This document shows positions 19,606-28,709 of a stretch of 64,000 bases of DNA, piece after piece. The DNA comes from an uncultured Alphaproteobacteria bacterium (lineage in GTDB: Bacteria; Pseudomonadota; Alphaproteobacteria; Dongiales; Dongiaceae), in contig CAVOLB010000051.1 in NCBI GenBank assembly GCA_963696655.1, forward strand, positions 11,354 through 75,353. Reading direction: 5' to 3'. The notes beneath the pieces were generated by a model that was given only the letters and a program-made list of their open reading frames with translations, ran no database searches and had not been told where the DNA came from. Each line of letters begins with the position of its first letter. Positions within the stretch are counted from its first letter, which is position 1. The position numbers and the translations under genes were made by a program.

Positions 19606-21680
19606 TCGTCGGCACCGCGGGCCATATCGATCACGGCAAGACCGCGCTGGTGCGGGCGCTCACCGGCGTGGACACCGACCGGCTCAAGGAGGAGAAGGCG
19701 CGCGGCATCTCGATCGATCTGGGGTTTGCCTATCTGGCGGCACCCGACGGCTCGGTGCTGGGCTTCATCGATGTGCCGGGCCATGAGCGCTTCGTGCACA
19801 CCATGCTGGCGGGTGCCAGCGGGATCGATTTCGTCCTGCTCGTCGTCGCTGCCGATGACGGTGTCATGCCGCAGACGCTGGAACATCTGGCCATCGTCGA
19901 GCTGCTCGGCATCACGCGCGGGCTGGTCGCCCTGACCAAGGCCGATCTCGCCTCACCTGGCCGGCAGGCCGAGGTCGCGGCCGATATCGCGCGTACCCTG
20001 TCGCCGACGCCTCTCGCCGGCGCTTCGGTGCTTCCGGTCTCGACCGTGACGGGAGAAGGCATCGAAGCGTTGCGCCAGCGACTGTTCGAGGCCTCGCAGT
20101 CGCTCGGGCGGCGAGCCGCCCACGGGCGTTTCCGGCTCGCGGTCGACCGTTCCTTCACGCTGGCCGGCACCGGCACGGTCGTGACCGGCACCGTGCTGTC
20201 GGGCCAGGTGACGGTCGGCGACCGGCTCATGATCAGTCCGCCAGGGCTCGCCGCGCGGGTGCGCTCGATCCATGCGCAGAACCGCCCCGTCGAATCCGGG
20301 CAGGCCGGCGAGCGCTGCGCCCTCAATCTCGCCGGGGAGGGAATCAGCAAGGAGGCGATCCGGCGCGGCGATCTGGTCCTCGACCCCGCGCTCCATGCGC
20401 CGACCGATCGCATCGACGCGACCCTGCGGCTGCTGCCGGACGAGACCAAGGCGGTCGGGCAATGGAAGCCGGTTCGGCTGCATCACGCCGCGGCCGAGGT
20501 CGGCGCGCATCTTGTGCTGCTCGAGGACGAGGCGCTGTTGCCGGGTTCCGAGAAACGGGTGCAGCTCGTGCTCGAGAAGCCGATCGCTGCTGCTTCCGGC
20601 GACCGCTTCGTGCTCCGCGACAGCGCGGCCCAGCGAACGATCGGCGGCGGCCGGTTCCTCGATCTGCGGGCGCCTGCTCGCAAGCGCCGCACGCCCGCCC
20701 GCCTGGCCCAGCTCGACGCCCTCGCGCTCGCGGATCCCGGGGAGGCGTTGGCGGCGCTGCTCGACCGCGAGCCCCGCCATGTCGATCTCTCGGCTTTCGG
20801 CCGGGACCATGCCCTGGATGATGATGAGTTGGCCCGGATCGTCGCCGATCTGGGCGTCGTCAGGGTCGCGACCAAGGACGGCGTGATCGGGCTTGGGGCG
20901 ACGACGTGGTTGCGATTGAAAGACAGGCTCCACGCCACCCTCGACGCCTTTCACAAAGCCAATTCCGATCTTCCCGGCATCGGCCTCGAGCGGTTGCGGC
21001 TTCAGCTCGAGCCGCGCCTGCCGGCGCCGGCCTTCGCGTCGGCGCTGCAGGGCATGGCGCGCGCGGGCGAGGTGGCGCTCGATGGCGCCTGGGTCCGGCT
21101 TCCCGGCCACAAGGTGCAGCTCACGCCCCATGAGGAACGGCTCTGGGAGAACGTGGCGCCGCTCCTCGCGGGGCCCGAGCGGTTCCGCCCGCCGCGGGTG
21201 CGCGACATCGCGGTGCTGTTCAACGTTCCCGAGGAGGATATCCGCCGGCTGGCCAAGCTCATGGCACGCATGGGCAAGGTCTCGGAGGTCGCGCATGATC
21301 ATTTCTTCCTGCGCAACACGGTCGCGGAGATGGTGCAGATCGCCGTCGACCTGGCCTCCGCCTCGGAGAAGGGCGAGTTCACGGCGGCGCAATTCCGCGA
21401 TCGGGTCAATAACGGCCGCAAGGTGGCCATCCAGATCCTCGAATTCTTCGATCGCCACGGCGTGACGCTGCGCCGGGGCGATCTCCGCCGCATGAACAGG
21501 CATCAGCTCGATCTGTTCCGGCCGGCCCCGGAGGGGCAGGCCCCGACCACGACATCCAATCAAGGAAGAGAAGCGTCCCCGGTGGGGCGTCCGGACTTCA
21601 AATCCGGGTGGGGCCGCGAGCCGGTCCTCGGTGGGTTCGACTCCCATTCTCTTCCGCCATCTTCCCGGAACCCCGGATGA
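19602..21680 (+). CDS. selB: selenocysteine-specific translation elongation factor SelB; ORF runs through the tRNA-Sec gene
   Basis: The G-domain starts right at GTG 19602 ([50 protein letters not shown]). C-terminal winged-helix motif [18 protein letters not shown]. The first in-frame stop is not until 21678-21680. Confidence 0.85.
   Translation: [692 protein letters not shown]
21564..21659 (+). tRNA. selC: tRNA-Sec (anticodon UCA)
   Basis: GGAAGAGA...TCTCTTCC-G-CCA gives an 8-bp acceptor stem. The D stem is 6 bp (CGTCCC/GGGGCG), the anticodon loop is CTTCAAA, the variable arm is long and the T stem is 4 bp (TGGG/CCCA). The architecture closely parallels E. coli selC. Confidence 0.93.
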
Positions 21681-22135
21681 CGCCCGCAACCGCGACCTTC
21701 CTCGATGCGCTCCATGCCGCCGCCGGCCAGGCGGAGACGGCCGAGGGGCAGTATCGGCGCGAGGCGGCGCAGCGCATCTCGGCGTTGGAGCGGGAGCGGG
21801 TCTTCGCCTACCGCCGGCTCAATCTGATGCGCGCCGTGGCCGACACGGTCGCGGGCTCGGAGAGCGAGGAGGTCGCGGTCGCGAGCGCGCAGGCGATTCT
21901 GCGCAGCAAGCTCGGCTGGAGCTCCGACAGCGAGGCGCGGACGGAGCTGCTGTCGCGCTTCGCACCCGTCGGTCTGGCGGTGTTCAGCGGCCTCGCCGCA
22001 TCGGACGAGGCACCGAGCGCGCCGGTGGAGGAGACCCTCGCGGCGTTCGAGGCCTGGTACGAGGGCGATCGCCGGACGCCGTTCTGGATCCTGTTCGAGC
22101 AATATGTTCCGGAGACGCCCCGTGTCGACTTCTGA
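21677..22135 (+). CDS. hypothetical protein (152 aa)
   Basis: ATG at 21677 overlaps the selB ORF stop (ATGA). Protein-like composition, ending in ...FWILFEQYVPETPRVDF. No domain recognised. Confidence 0.55.
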   Translation: MTPATATFLDALHAAAGQAETAEGQYRREAAQRISALERERVFAYRRLNLMRAVADTVAGSESEEVAVASAQAILRSKLGWSSDSEARTELLSRFAPVGLAVFSGLAASDEAPSAPVEETLAAFEAWYEGDRRTPFWILFEQYVPETPRVDF

Positions 22136-22514
22136 GCGGATTCGCTCCGCGAACGACTTCGAGCCATGGCTCGGCCGGACCTTCGCCGAGAACGGCGCCT
22201 TCACCGTTCTGGCGGTCCTGGTCGAGATCGGCGAGACGCAGGTGACGCCCTCCTGCTCGACCTTCTTCAACGTCATCGGCGACGAGGCCCAATGGAGCGA
22301 GATCGTCGCCATGTTCGCGGGCGCCGGCCGCGACTGGGACGGGGCCGCCTTCTTCCCGGTGACGGCGGCGGCAGGCGGTCCGCTGGACAATGCCACGGCG
22401 CGGTTCCGTCTGCGCGAGCTCGAGGCCCGGCTTGCCCAGGACCGCCTGGTCCTGAACGAGGGACAGTTCTTCGACAAATGGGGCCGGCGGCTGAAGATCG
22501 AGGCGCTGACCTGA
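22104..22514 (+). CDS. hypothetical protein (about 130-136 aa)
   Basis: Overlaps the previous gene's 3' end. An alternative GTG start is at 22122. Codon bias is consistent with coding. No domain recognised. Confidence 0.5.
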   Translation: MFRRRPVSTSERIRSANDFEPWLGRTFAENGAFTVLAVLVEIGETQVTPSCSTFFNVIGDEAQWSEIVAMFAGAGRDWDGAAFFPVTAAAGGPLDNATARFRLRELEARLAQDRLVLNEGQFFDKWGRRLKIEALT

Positions 22515-22608
22515 TCGAGGTGTCCCGGCCAAGGCAGCGGGAATCTCGATTTGATCCCCTCGGTTTGTCAGTCGCCGGCTCGTCGGCGCGCCGGCGTTCG
22601 GGCGGCAA

Positions 22609-23856
22609 CTAAGTTCCGCGAGGACCGGGATCGGATCGTTTGGCCATGGCGGCCAGGGCGCTCACCATGACGAGCGTGAGAAGTGCCGCGGCCAGGATCG
22701 CGAAGAGCGCGCCGTCGGTGCCGAATCGATGGATCAGAAGGGCACCCACGGACGGGGCGGCGGCCTGCAGCAGCAGGCTCGGCAAGGCGAGCTTCCCCAT
22801 CAGGACGGCGTAACCCTCGGCGCCGAAGAGCGCCAGCGGCACGGTCCCGCGCGCGATCGATTCCAGCCCGATGCCGCCGCCATAGGCCATCAGCGCCAGC
22901 GCGGTCAGCGGCAGCCCGGCCCACAGCACGCCGAGGCCCAGCACGACCAGCGCCGCCGACACCACCATGGTCCAGATCGGGTGATGAAAGCGCGCGATCG
23001 CCATCTCGATGGCGCGCGCACCGACCTGCGCGGGGCCGACCATCGCGCCGAAGGCGACGGCCGTCGCCAGCGTCATGTCGCGCGCCTGCAGGATCGTCAG
23101 CATATGGACCGACATCGTCGCGGAGATCATGGCGGCCGTGGCGATGACGGCGCCAAGCAGGAACAGCACCATGCGATCGCGGCTCGTCATGGCCTGTCGC
23201 GCTGTCGGCACGGTCGCGCCGGCGGCCGGCGTCGCGGCGTCCCGCCGGCGCGTCTGGCGCGGCAACAGAAAGAGATAGATCGGCAGCAGTACCAGGAGAT
23301 GGATGGCGGCGTAGGTGAAGCAGGCGCCGCGCCACCCCAGTTCCGACACCAGCCAGGCCGAAAGCGGCCAGCAGGTCGTGCTGGCGAACCCGCCGAACAG
23401 GGTCAGCGTGGTGATGGTCGAGCGTGCACCCTGGCCATAGATGCGGCCGAGCGTGGCGAAGGCCGCATCATAGAGGCCGGCGCCCATGCCGAGCCCCATC
23501 AGCACCCAGGCGCCAAGATAGAAAACAGGATTGGGCGCCAGCGCCAGGCCGAGGGACCCCGCCGCCAGCAGGAGCGCGCTGACGGCGAGCACGGGTCGCC
23601 CGCCATGGCGTTCGATCGCGTGCCCCACCTTGGGCGAGACCAGCGCGGCCATGAGCAGGCCCAGCGACAGCCCGCCGACGATCCAGCCGAGCGGCCAGCC
23701 CGTATCCTCGGCGATCGGCTTGGCCAGCACGGCCGGCAGATAATAGGACGAGCCCCAGGCGAGGATCTGCGTCACGCCGAGCGCCGGCACGACGATGCGC
23801 CGGTCCGGCAGGGCTGCCGGAATATCGGCGGCGCCGGCGGCGACGGACTCGGTCAT
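22609..23856 (-). CDS. MFS transporter, translationally coupled to the upstream flavoprotein (possible arsenical efflux permease)
   Basis: About 12 TM segments. ATG at 23856 overlaps the flavoprotein stop (ATGA). It is the last gene of the ars transcription unit. Confidence 0.75.
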   Translation of the reverse strand: MTESVAAGAADIPAALPDRRIVVPALGVTQILAWGSSYYLPAVLAKPIAEDTGWPLGWIVGGLSLGLLMAALVSPKVGHAIERHGGRPVLAVSALLLAAGSLGLALAPNPVFYLGAWVLMGLGMGAGLYDAAFATLGRIYGQGARSTITTLTLFGGFASTTCWPLSAWLVSELGWRGACFTYAAIHLLVLLPIYLFLLPRQTRRRDAATPAAGATVPTARQAMTSRDRMVLFLLGAVIATAAMISATMSVHMLTILQARDMTLATAVAFGAMVGPAQVGARAIEMAIARFHHPIWTMVVSAALVVLGLGVLWAGLPLTALALMAYGGGIGLESIARGTVPLALFGAEGYAVLMGKLALPSLLLQAAAPSVGALLIHRFGTDGALFAILAAALLTLVMVSALAAMAKRSDPGPRGT

Positions 23857-25247
23857 GCGGCGACGCCGCTCCCGCAACAGGATTTCTTCTCCGGCTTCAC
23901 GGCGACCGGTGCCGGCGCGCAGCAGGCTGCCGTCGCGGCCGGAGCCGGAACGCAGCAGGCGGTGGCAACGCTGAACTCCTCATAAGGGTTGCTGTCGCAG
24001 ATGCCGGTTTCCGGCAAGGTCAGCTTGACGTCGTCGGCGGCTGCCATGTCGCCGGCCAGGGCGGCGGCCACGGAGCGCACCTGTTCGTAGCCGGTCAGCA
24101 ACAGGAACGTCGGCGCGCGGCCATAGCTTTTGACGCCCACGGTGTAGAAGCCGGGCTCGGGATGGCCGACCTCGCGATGGCCATGCGGCGGCACCGAGCC
24201 GCAGGAATGGAGATTGGGATCGATCAGCGGGCCCAGCGCCTTCACGCCCTCGAGCCAGGGATCGAGCTCGAGGCGCAATTCGCGCGTCATCGTCAGATCG
24301 GGACGCTGACCGGTGGCGACCACGATGCGGTCGAACGGCCCCAGGCTTCGGGAGCCTTGCGCTGTCTCGCCGTCGAGCCGCAGTCCCTTGCCCTCTTCGC
24401 GCAGGCGCGTCGCCGCGAAGCCAGATGTCAGCGCGATCCGGCCGTTCTCGACGGCCTCCTTGAGATGCCAGCCCAGCGCGCCGCGCGCCGGCAATTGGTC
24501 GGCATCGCCCCCGCCATAGACCTTGGCGAGACTGGTGCCGCGTACCATCCAGTCGACCCGGCTGCCCGGTGCTTCGGCGGCGAGGCGGATCAGATCGAGG
24601 AGGACATTGGCCGCCGAGTAGCCGGCGCCGATGACGAGCGTGCGCCGCCCGGCATAATGCGGTCGGTCGCGGCCGAGAACATCGGGCATGCCATAGGCGA
24701 TCCGGTCGGCATGCTCCGCTTCGCCGTCCGCCGGAAGACCCGAGGCGCCGATCGGATTGGGCTGGTTCCAGGTGCCCGAGGCGTCGATCACCGCGCGCGC
24801 CAGGTCGCGGCGGCGCGTGCCGTCCGGCCGCTCGACCGTGATCTCGAAGGGCTTCGTCTCGCGCTGCCGGCTCGTCATCTTGTCGAGGCCCTGGCGGCCG
24901 ATCGCCACGACCCGCGCCGAGGTTTCGATGACAGGCGCCAGCTCGGCGGTGCCTGCCAGCGGATCGAGATAGAGATCGCAGAGCTCTTCGCCAGTGGGAA
25001 GCCCCTGGGAATCGGGCATCCGCCAGCCATGGCGCTCGAGGATCGCCTGGGCCGCAAGATCGACATTGTGCTCCCAGGGCGTGAAGATCCGGACATGGCC
25101 CCAATCGCGCAGGTTTGCGCCGACGGTGGCACCACTCTCATAAACCTTCACCGGCAGGCCGCGCTCGATCAGATGGGCGGCGGCGGCAAGCCCGATCGGA
25201 CCGGCGCCGATCACGGCGATGGGAAGCGAGGCGGTGCTGTCGGTCAT
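23853..25247 (-). CDS. FAD/NAD(P)-binding oxidoreductase (ArsO-like flavoprotein) with a C-terminal tail carrying three vicinal Cys pairs
   Basis: N-terminal dinucleotide fold IAVIGAGPIGLAAAAHL, second fold TLVIGAGYSAANVLLDL, and the tail ...ATACCVPAPAATAACCAPAPVAVKPEKKSCCGSGVAA. Confidence 0.75.
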   Translation of the reverse strand: MTDSTASLPIAVIGAGPIGLAAAAHLIERGLPVKVYESGATVGANLRDWGHVRIFTPWEHNVDLAAQAILERHGWRMPDSQGLPTGEELCDLYLDPLAGTAELAPVIETSARVVAIGRQGLDKMTSRQRETKPFEITVERPDGTRRRDLARAVIDASGTWNQPNPIGASGLPADGEAEHADRIAYGMPDVLGRDRPHYAGRRTLVIGAGYSAANVLLDLIRLAAEAPGSRVDWMVRGTSLAKVYGGGDADQLPARGALGWHLKEAVENGRIALTSGFAATRLREEGKGLRLDGETAQGSRSLGPFDRIVVATGQRPDLTMTRELRLELDPWLEGVKALGPLIDPNLHSCGSVPPHGHREVGHPEPGFYTVGVKSYGRAPTFLLLTGYEQVRSVAAALAGDMAAADDVKLTLPETGICDSNPYEEFSVATACCVPAPAATAACCAPAPVAVKPEKKSCCGSGVAA

Positions 25248-25308
25248 GTCACAGGTCCTTCGCTATTTCCGGAATCATAGAACTAGAGGGCAAAAATCGA
25301 TGGCTTGG

Positions 25309-25626
25309 TCAGGCCGCGGCTTCGCCGCTCGCTGCGGCGGGCGCGTCGGCGCAGCATTCGTCGGCGAGAAACCCCAGCAACTCATGCATGATTTCGTAGT
25401 TGGCCCGGCAGATGAGCGTCGTGGCCTGGCGCTCCTGCGAGACCAGTCCGGTCAGGATCAGGCGGTGGAGGTGATGCGACAGGGTCGAGGCCGCGATTCC
25501 GATCCTGTCCTGCAGCCGGCCCACCGGCATGCCGCCATGGCCGGCGCGCACCAGCGTCCGATAGACCTTGAGCCGCGTCGGGTTGCCCAGCGCCTCAAGC
25601 TGCTTTGCCGCTTTTTCGAGTTTCAT
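25309..25626 (-). CDS. arsR: ArsR/SmtB family transcriptional repressor (C-terminal CC site)
   Basis: MKLEKAAKQLEALGNPTRLKVYRTL...STLSHHLHRL wHTH, with C-terminal ADECCADAP. ATG at 25626; the rest of the 410-aa track ORF is shadow. Confidence 0.85.
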   Translation of the reverse strand: MKLEKAAKQLEALGNPTRLKVYRTLVRAGHGGMPVGRLQDRIGIAASTLSHHLHRLILTGLVSQERQATTLICRANYEIMHELLGFLADECCADAPAAASGEAAA

Positions 25627-25666
25627 GGAAATAAGGATGGCGCGGGGGCGACGGCGCGTCAAGGGT

Positions 25667-25690
25667 CTATTTCGAGAAAACTCGAAATAG
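25667..25690. promoter_or_regulatory. candidate ArsR operator (10-bp perfect inverted repeat, 4-bp spacer)
   Basis: CTATTTCGAG AAAA CTCGAAATAG lies between the acr3 stop and the arsR start. It shares the core TATTTCGAGAAA with the site at 27698-27713. Confidence 0.55.
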
Positions 25691-25694
25691 CCCG

Positions 25695-26753
25695 TCAGCG
25701 CTTCAGGCCCGGCGCCAGCTCCGGCTTGCGGGCGCCGCGCTCGTACCAGGGCCGGCTGGCATTGACGATGCGCACCACCGACAGCATCACCGGCACCTCG
25801 ATCAGCACGCCGACGACAGTGGCGAGCGCCGCACCGGAATGGAAGCCGAACAGGCTGATGGCGGCGGCCACGGCGAGCTCGAAGAAATTGCTGGCGCCGA
25901 TGAGGGCCGAGGGGCCGGCGACGCAATGCTGCTCGCCGGCGAGCCGGTTGAGGAGATAGGCGAGGCCGGCATTGGCATAGACCTGGATCAGGATCGGCAC
26001 CGCCAGCAGCGCGATCACGATCGGCTGTGACAGGATCTCCTCGCCCTGGAAACCGAAGAGCAGCACGAGAGTCGCCAGCAGGGCGCAGAGCGAGACGGGC
26101 TGGATCCGCCGCAGCATTGCCGCCAGCGCGTCGCCGCCGCCCTGGCGCAGCAGCGCGCGGCGCAGGATCTGCGCGACCACGACCGGAACCAGGATGTAGA
26201 GCGCCACCGACAGGACCAGCGTGTCCCAGGGCACGGTGATCGCCGAGAGGCCCAGCAGCAGTGCCACGATCGGCGCGAAGGCCACGATCATGATGCTGTC
26301 GTTGAGCGCCACCTGGGTCAGGGTGAAATGCGGCTCGCCCTTGGTCAGGTTCGACCAGACGAAGACCATGGCGGTGCAGGGTGCCGCCGCCAGGATGATC
26401 AGGCCCGCGATATAGGAGTCGATCTGGCCGGCCGGCAGATAGGGTCGGAAAAGATAACCGATGAAGAGCCAGGCCAGCGCCGCCATGGTGAAGGGCTTGA
26501 CCGCCCAGTTGATGAAGAGCGTCACGCCGATCCCGCGCCAATGGGCGGTGACGCCCGCGAGCGCCTTGAAGTCGATGCGCATCAGCATCGGCACGATCAT
26601 CAGCCAGATCAGGATCGCGACCGGCAGATTGACCTTGGCGATCTCGAGCCCGCCGATGGCCTGGAAGACGCCCGGCAGGAGATGGCCGAGGGCGACGCCG
26701 ACCGCGATGCAGAGCGCGACCCAGAGGGTGAGATAGCGTTCGAAGACGGACAT
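25695..26753 (-). CDS. acr3: arsenite efflux transporter, ACR3 family
   Basis: MSVFERYLTLWVALCI...VNLPVAILIWLMIVPMLMRIDF and ...LAAAPCTAMVFVWS are typical of Acr3. Confidence 0.9.
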   Translation of the reverse strand: MSVFERYLTLWVALCIAVGVALGHLLPGVFQAIGGLEIAKVNLPVAILIWLMIVPMLMRIDFKALAGVTAHWRGIGVTLFINWAVKPFTMAALAWLFIGYLFRPYLPAGQIDSYIAGLIILAAAPCTAMVFVWSNLTKGEPHFTLTQVALNDSIMIVAFAPIVALLLGLSAITVPWDTLVLSVALYILVPVVVAQILRRALLRQGGGDALAAMLRRIQPVSLCALLATLVLLFGFQGEEILSQPIVIALLAVPILIQVYANAGLAYLLNRLAGEQHCVAGPSALIGASNFFELAVAAAISLFGFHSGAALATVVGVLIEVPVMLSVVRIVNASRPWYERGARKPELAPGLKR

Positions 26754-26808
26754 GGATGGGTTTTCTCTGGGTCGAGCCGAAGGCGCGAGGAGTGGAGCCG
26801 CGGATCCG

Positions 26809-27318
26809 CTACGCGGATTCGGGCAAGGAACGGCCGATCTCGTCGAGCCGCTTCTGCAGGCTGAGCTTGTCGAGCGACTTCAGCGGCAGATGGGCGAAGA
26901 TGCTGATCCGGTTGTTCAGCATACGATAGGTGTCGGCGAAGGCCAGCCGGCGCTCGACCTCGGTGCCCTCGACCGCCACGGGATCGGGAACGCCCCAATG
27001 GGCGGTCATCGGCTGCCCGGGCCATATCGGGCAGACCTCGTTGGCTGCGTTGTCGCAGACCGTGAAGACGAAATCCAGGGCGGGTGCGCCCTTCGCGGCG
27101 AACTCGTCCCAACTCTTGGAGCGCAGGTCGGCTGTCGGGTAGTTCAGTCTTTGCAGCAGGTCGATCGCATAGGGATGGACCTTGCCCTTGGGATGGCTGC
27201 CGGCGCTGAAGGCCTTGAAGCGTCCCAGGCCTTCGCGATTGAGGATGCTCTCCGCCAGGATCGAGCGCGCGGAATTGCCGGTGCAGAGGAAGAGCACGTT
27301 GAAGATCGGTTGCGTCAT
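26809..27318 (-). CDS. arsC: arsenate reductase, LMW-PTPase/thioredoxin-coupled type
   Basis: The CTGNSARS P-loop (VLFLCTGNSARSILAE) and the downstream Cys pair context VCDNAANEVCP. Confidence 0.9.
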   Translation of the reverse strand: MTQPIFNVLFLCTGNSARSILAESILNREGLGRFKAFSAGSHPKGKVHPYAIDLLQRLNYPTADLRSKSWDEFAAKGAPALDFVFTVCDNAANEVCPIWPGQPMTAHWGVPDPVAVEGTEVERRLAFADTYRMLNNRISIFAHLPLKSLDKLSLQKRLDEIGRSLPESA

Positions 27319-27360
27319 GTCGGGGGTCCGTGTTTGCGGAAGATTTGGAATCGATCGGGA

Positions 27361-27699
27361 TCAGGGGCAGCAGGCCGGCAGGAGCGCCTCGACCAACTGG
27401 CTGCAGATCTCGGGTTTGCCGCGGCAGCAATCCTTGATCAGGAACTGCAACAGATCTCGGACGCCTTCCTGATCGGCGGAGAAATAAATCGTTCTGCCCT
27501 CGCGGGTTGAGGTGACGAGGCCCGCGCGCACCAGAATGGCCAGATGCGAGGACATCGTGCTTGGAGGCACGTCGAGCTTGGCGGCCAGATCCCCGGCCGG
27601 AACCCCGTCCGGAAGACATTGCATCAGGTGCCTGAACACCATCAGGCGCGTGTCTTGAGCCAGAGCCGATAGCGCCGCCACGGCGTCGTTCGATTTCAT
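27361..27699 (-). CDS. arsR: ArsR/SmtB family transcriptional repressor (C-terminal CC...C...CC sites)
   Basis: ALAQDTRLMVFRHL...PSTMSSHLAIL wHTH, with C-terminal IKDCCRGKPEICSQLVEALLPACCP. Confidence 0.88.
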   Translation of the reverse strand: MKSNDAVAALSALAQDTRLMVFRHLMQCLPDGVPAGDLAAKLDVPPSTMSSHLAILVRAGLVTSTREGRTIYFSADQEGVRDLLQFLIKDCCRGKPEICSQLVEALLPACCP

Positions 27700-27713
27700 A
27701 TTTCGAGAAATAT
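27698..27713. promoter_or_regulatory. candidate ArsR operator (perfect 16-bp palindrome overlapping the arsR start codon)
   Basis: ATATTTC GA GAAATAT, read directly. Lies in the ars/aio divergent intergenic region. Confidence 0.5.
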
Positions 27714-27848
27714 CGATTTAGTGGTTGGCGGTCAACAGGGACTGCGTTAAAGTTCTATGACAGCCCGAACCGGGAGATGCCCAGAGGTCGGGATGTTCGA
27801 AGATTGATGGTTCACTGCCTTGCGACAGCCCGGACCGGGAGATGCCCA

Positions 27849-28709
27849 ATGGTCGGGATACCAAGACGCAGATTTTTGAGCGGCACCGCCGCGGCTCTGG
27901 TTGCATCGACGCCCATTGCGCGGGCCGCGAGCTCGCTCAGCTTCGGCCTGACACCGGTCTTCCTCGAGTCCGATATCGCGCTTCTCGACAATCTTCAGTC
28001 CTATCTCAGCAGGACTCTCGATCGACCGGTGTCGCTGGTAAAGCGGCGAACCTATCAGGAGATGACCGCGCTCCTGCTCTCCGGCGAGTTAGATGCCGCT
28101 TGGATCTGCGGATTTCCATTCGTTCAGCATCCCGACAAGCTGGCGCTGGTCGCGGTTCCGCTCTATCGGCACCAACCCCTCTATCAGTCATACATGATCG
28201 TGCCGGTCGATCGCGCCGTCTCCACCTGGCAGGAGCTGCGCGGCGATATCCACGCGTTCTCGGATCCTGACAGCAACTCCGGTTATCTGGTCACCACCGC
28301 GCTGCTTGCTGAGAATCGCCTGACGCCGCAGAGCTTCTTTGGAACGACGTTCTTCACTTACGGCCACCGCAACGTCATCCGCGCCGTTGCGGCGGGATTG
28401 GCGGGCAGCGGAAGCGTCGACGGTTATATCTGGGACGTCATGCGCGACCGCGAGCCTGAGCTGGTATCGAGGACGCGGATTCTGCGGCGTTCGGAACTGC
28501 TGGGATTTCCACCGATCGCCTGCCTGCGCAGCAATCATGAGTCGGCCGGGATCGCTCAACTGTCCGACGCCCTCGTCAGAACGCCGGAGGATGAACAAGG
28601 ACGAAAGCTGCTCTCGATGCTGCAACTCGACGGCTTCTCGGTCGAACCGGACTCGCTGTTTGACGGTATCGCCGCCAAATTCGCTCTTGTGCAGAAGCAG
28701 GCGGTTTGA
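27849..28709 (+). CDS. aioX: periplasmic PhnD-like arsenite-binding protein AioX
   Basis: Signal MVGIPRRRFLSGTAAALVASTPIARA, followed by a PhnD-type SBP sequence. It sits immediately upstream of aioS-aioR-aioBA. Confidence 0.8.
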   Translation: MVGIPRRRFLSGTAAALVASTPIARAASSLSFGLTPVFLESDIALLDNLQSYLSRTLDRPVSLVKRRTYQEMTALLLSGELDAAWICGFPFVQHPDKLALVAVPLYRHQPLYQSYMIVPVDRAVSTWQELRGDIHAFSDPDSNSGYLVTTALLAENRLTPQSFFGTTFFTYGHRNVIRAVAAGLAGSGSVDGYIWDVMRDREPELVSRTRILRRSELLGFPPIACLRSNHESAGIAQLSDALVRTPEDEQGRKLLSMLQLDGFSVEPDSLFDGIAAKFALVQKQAV

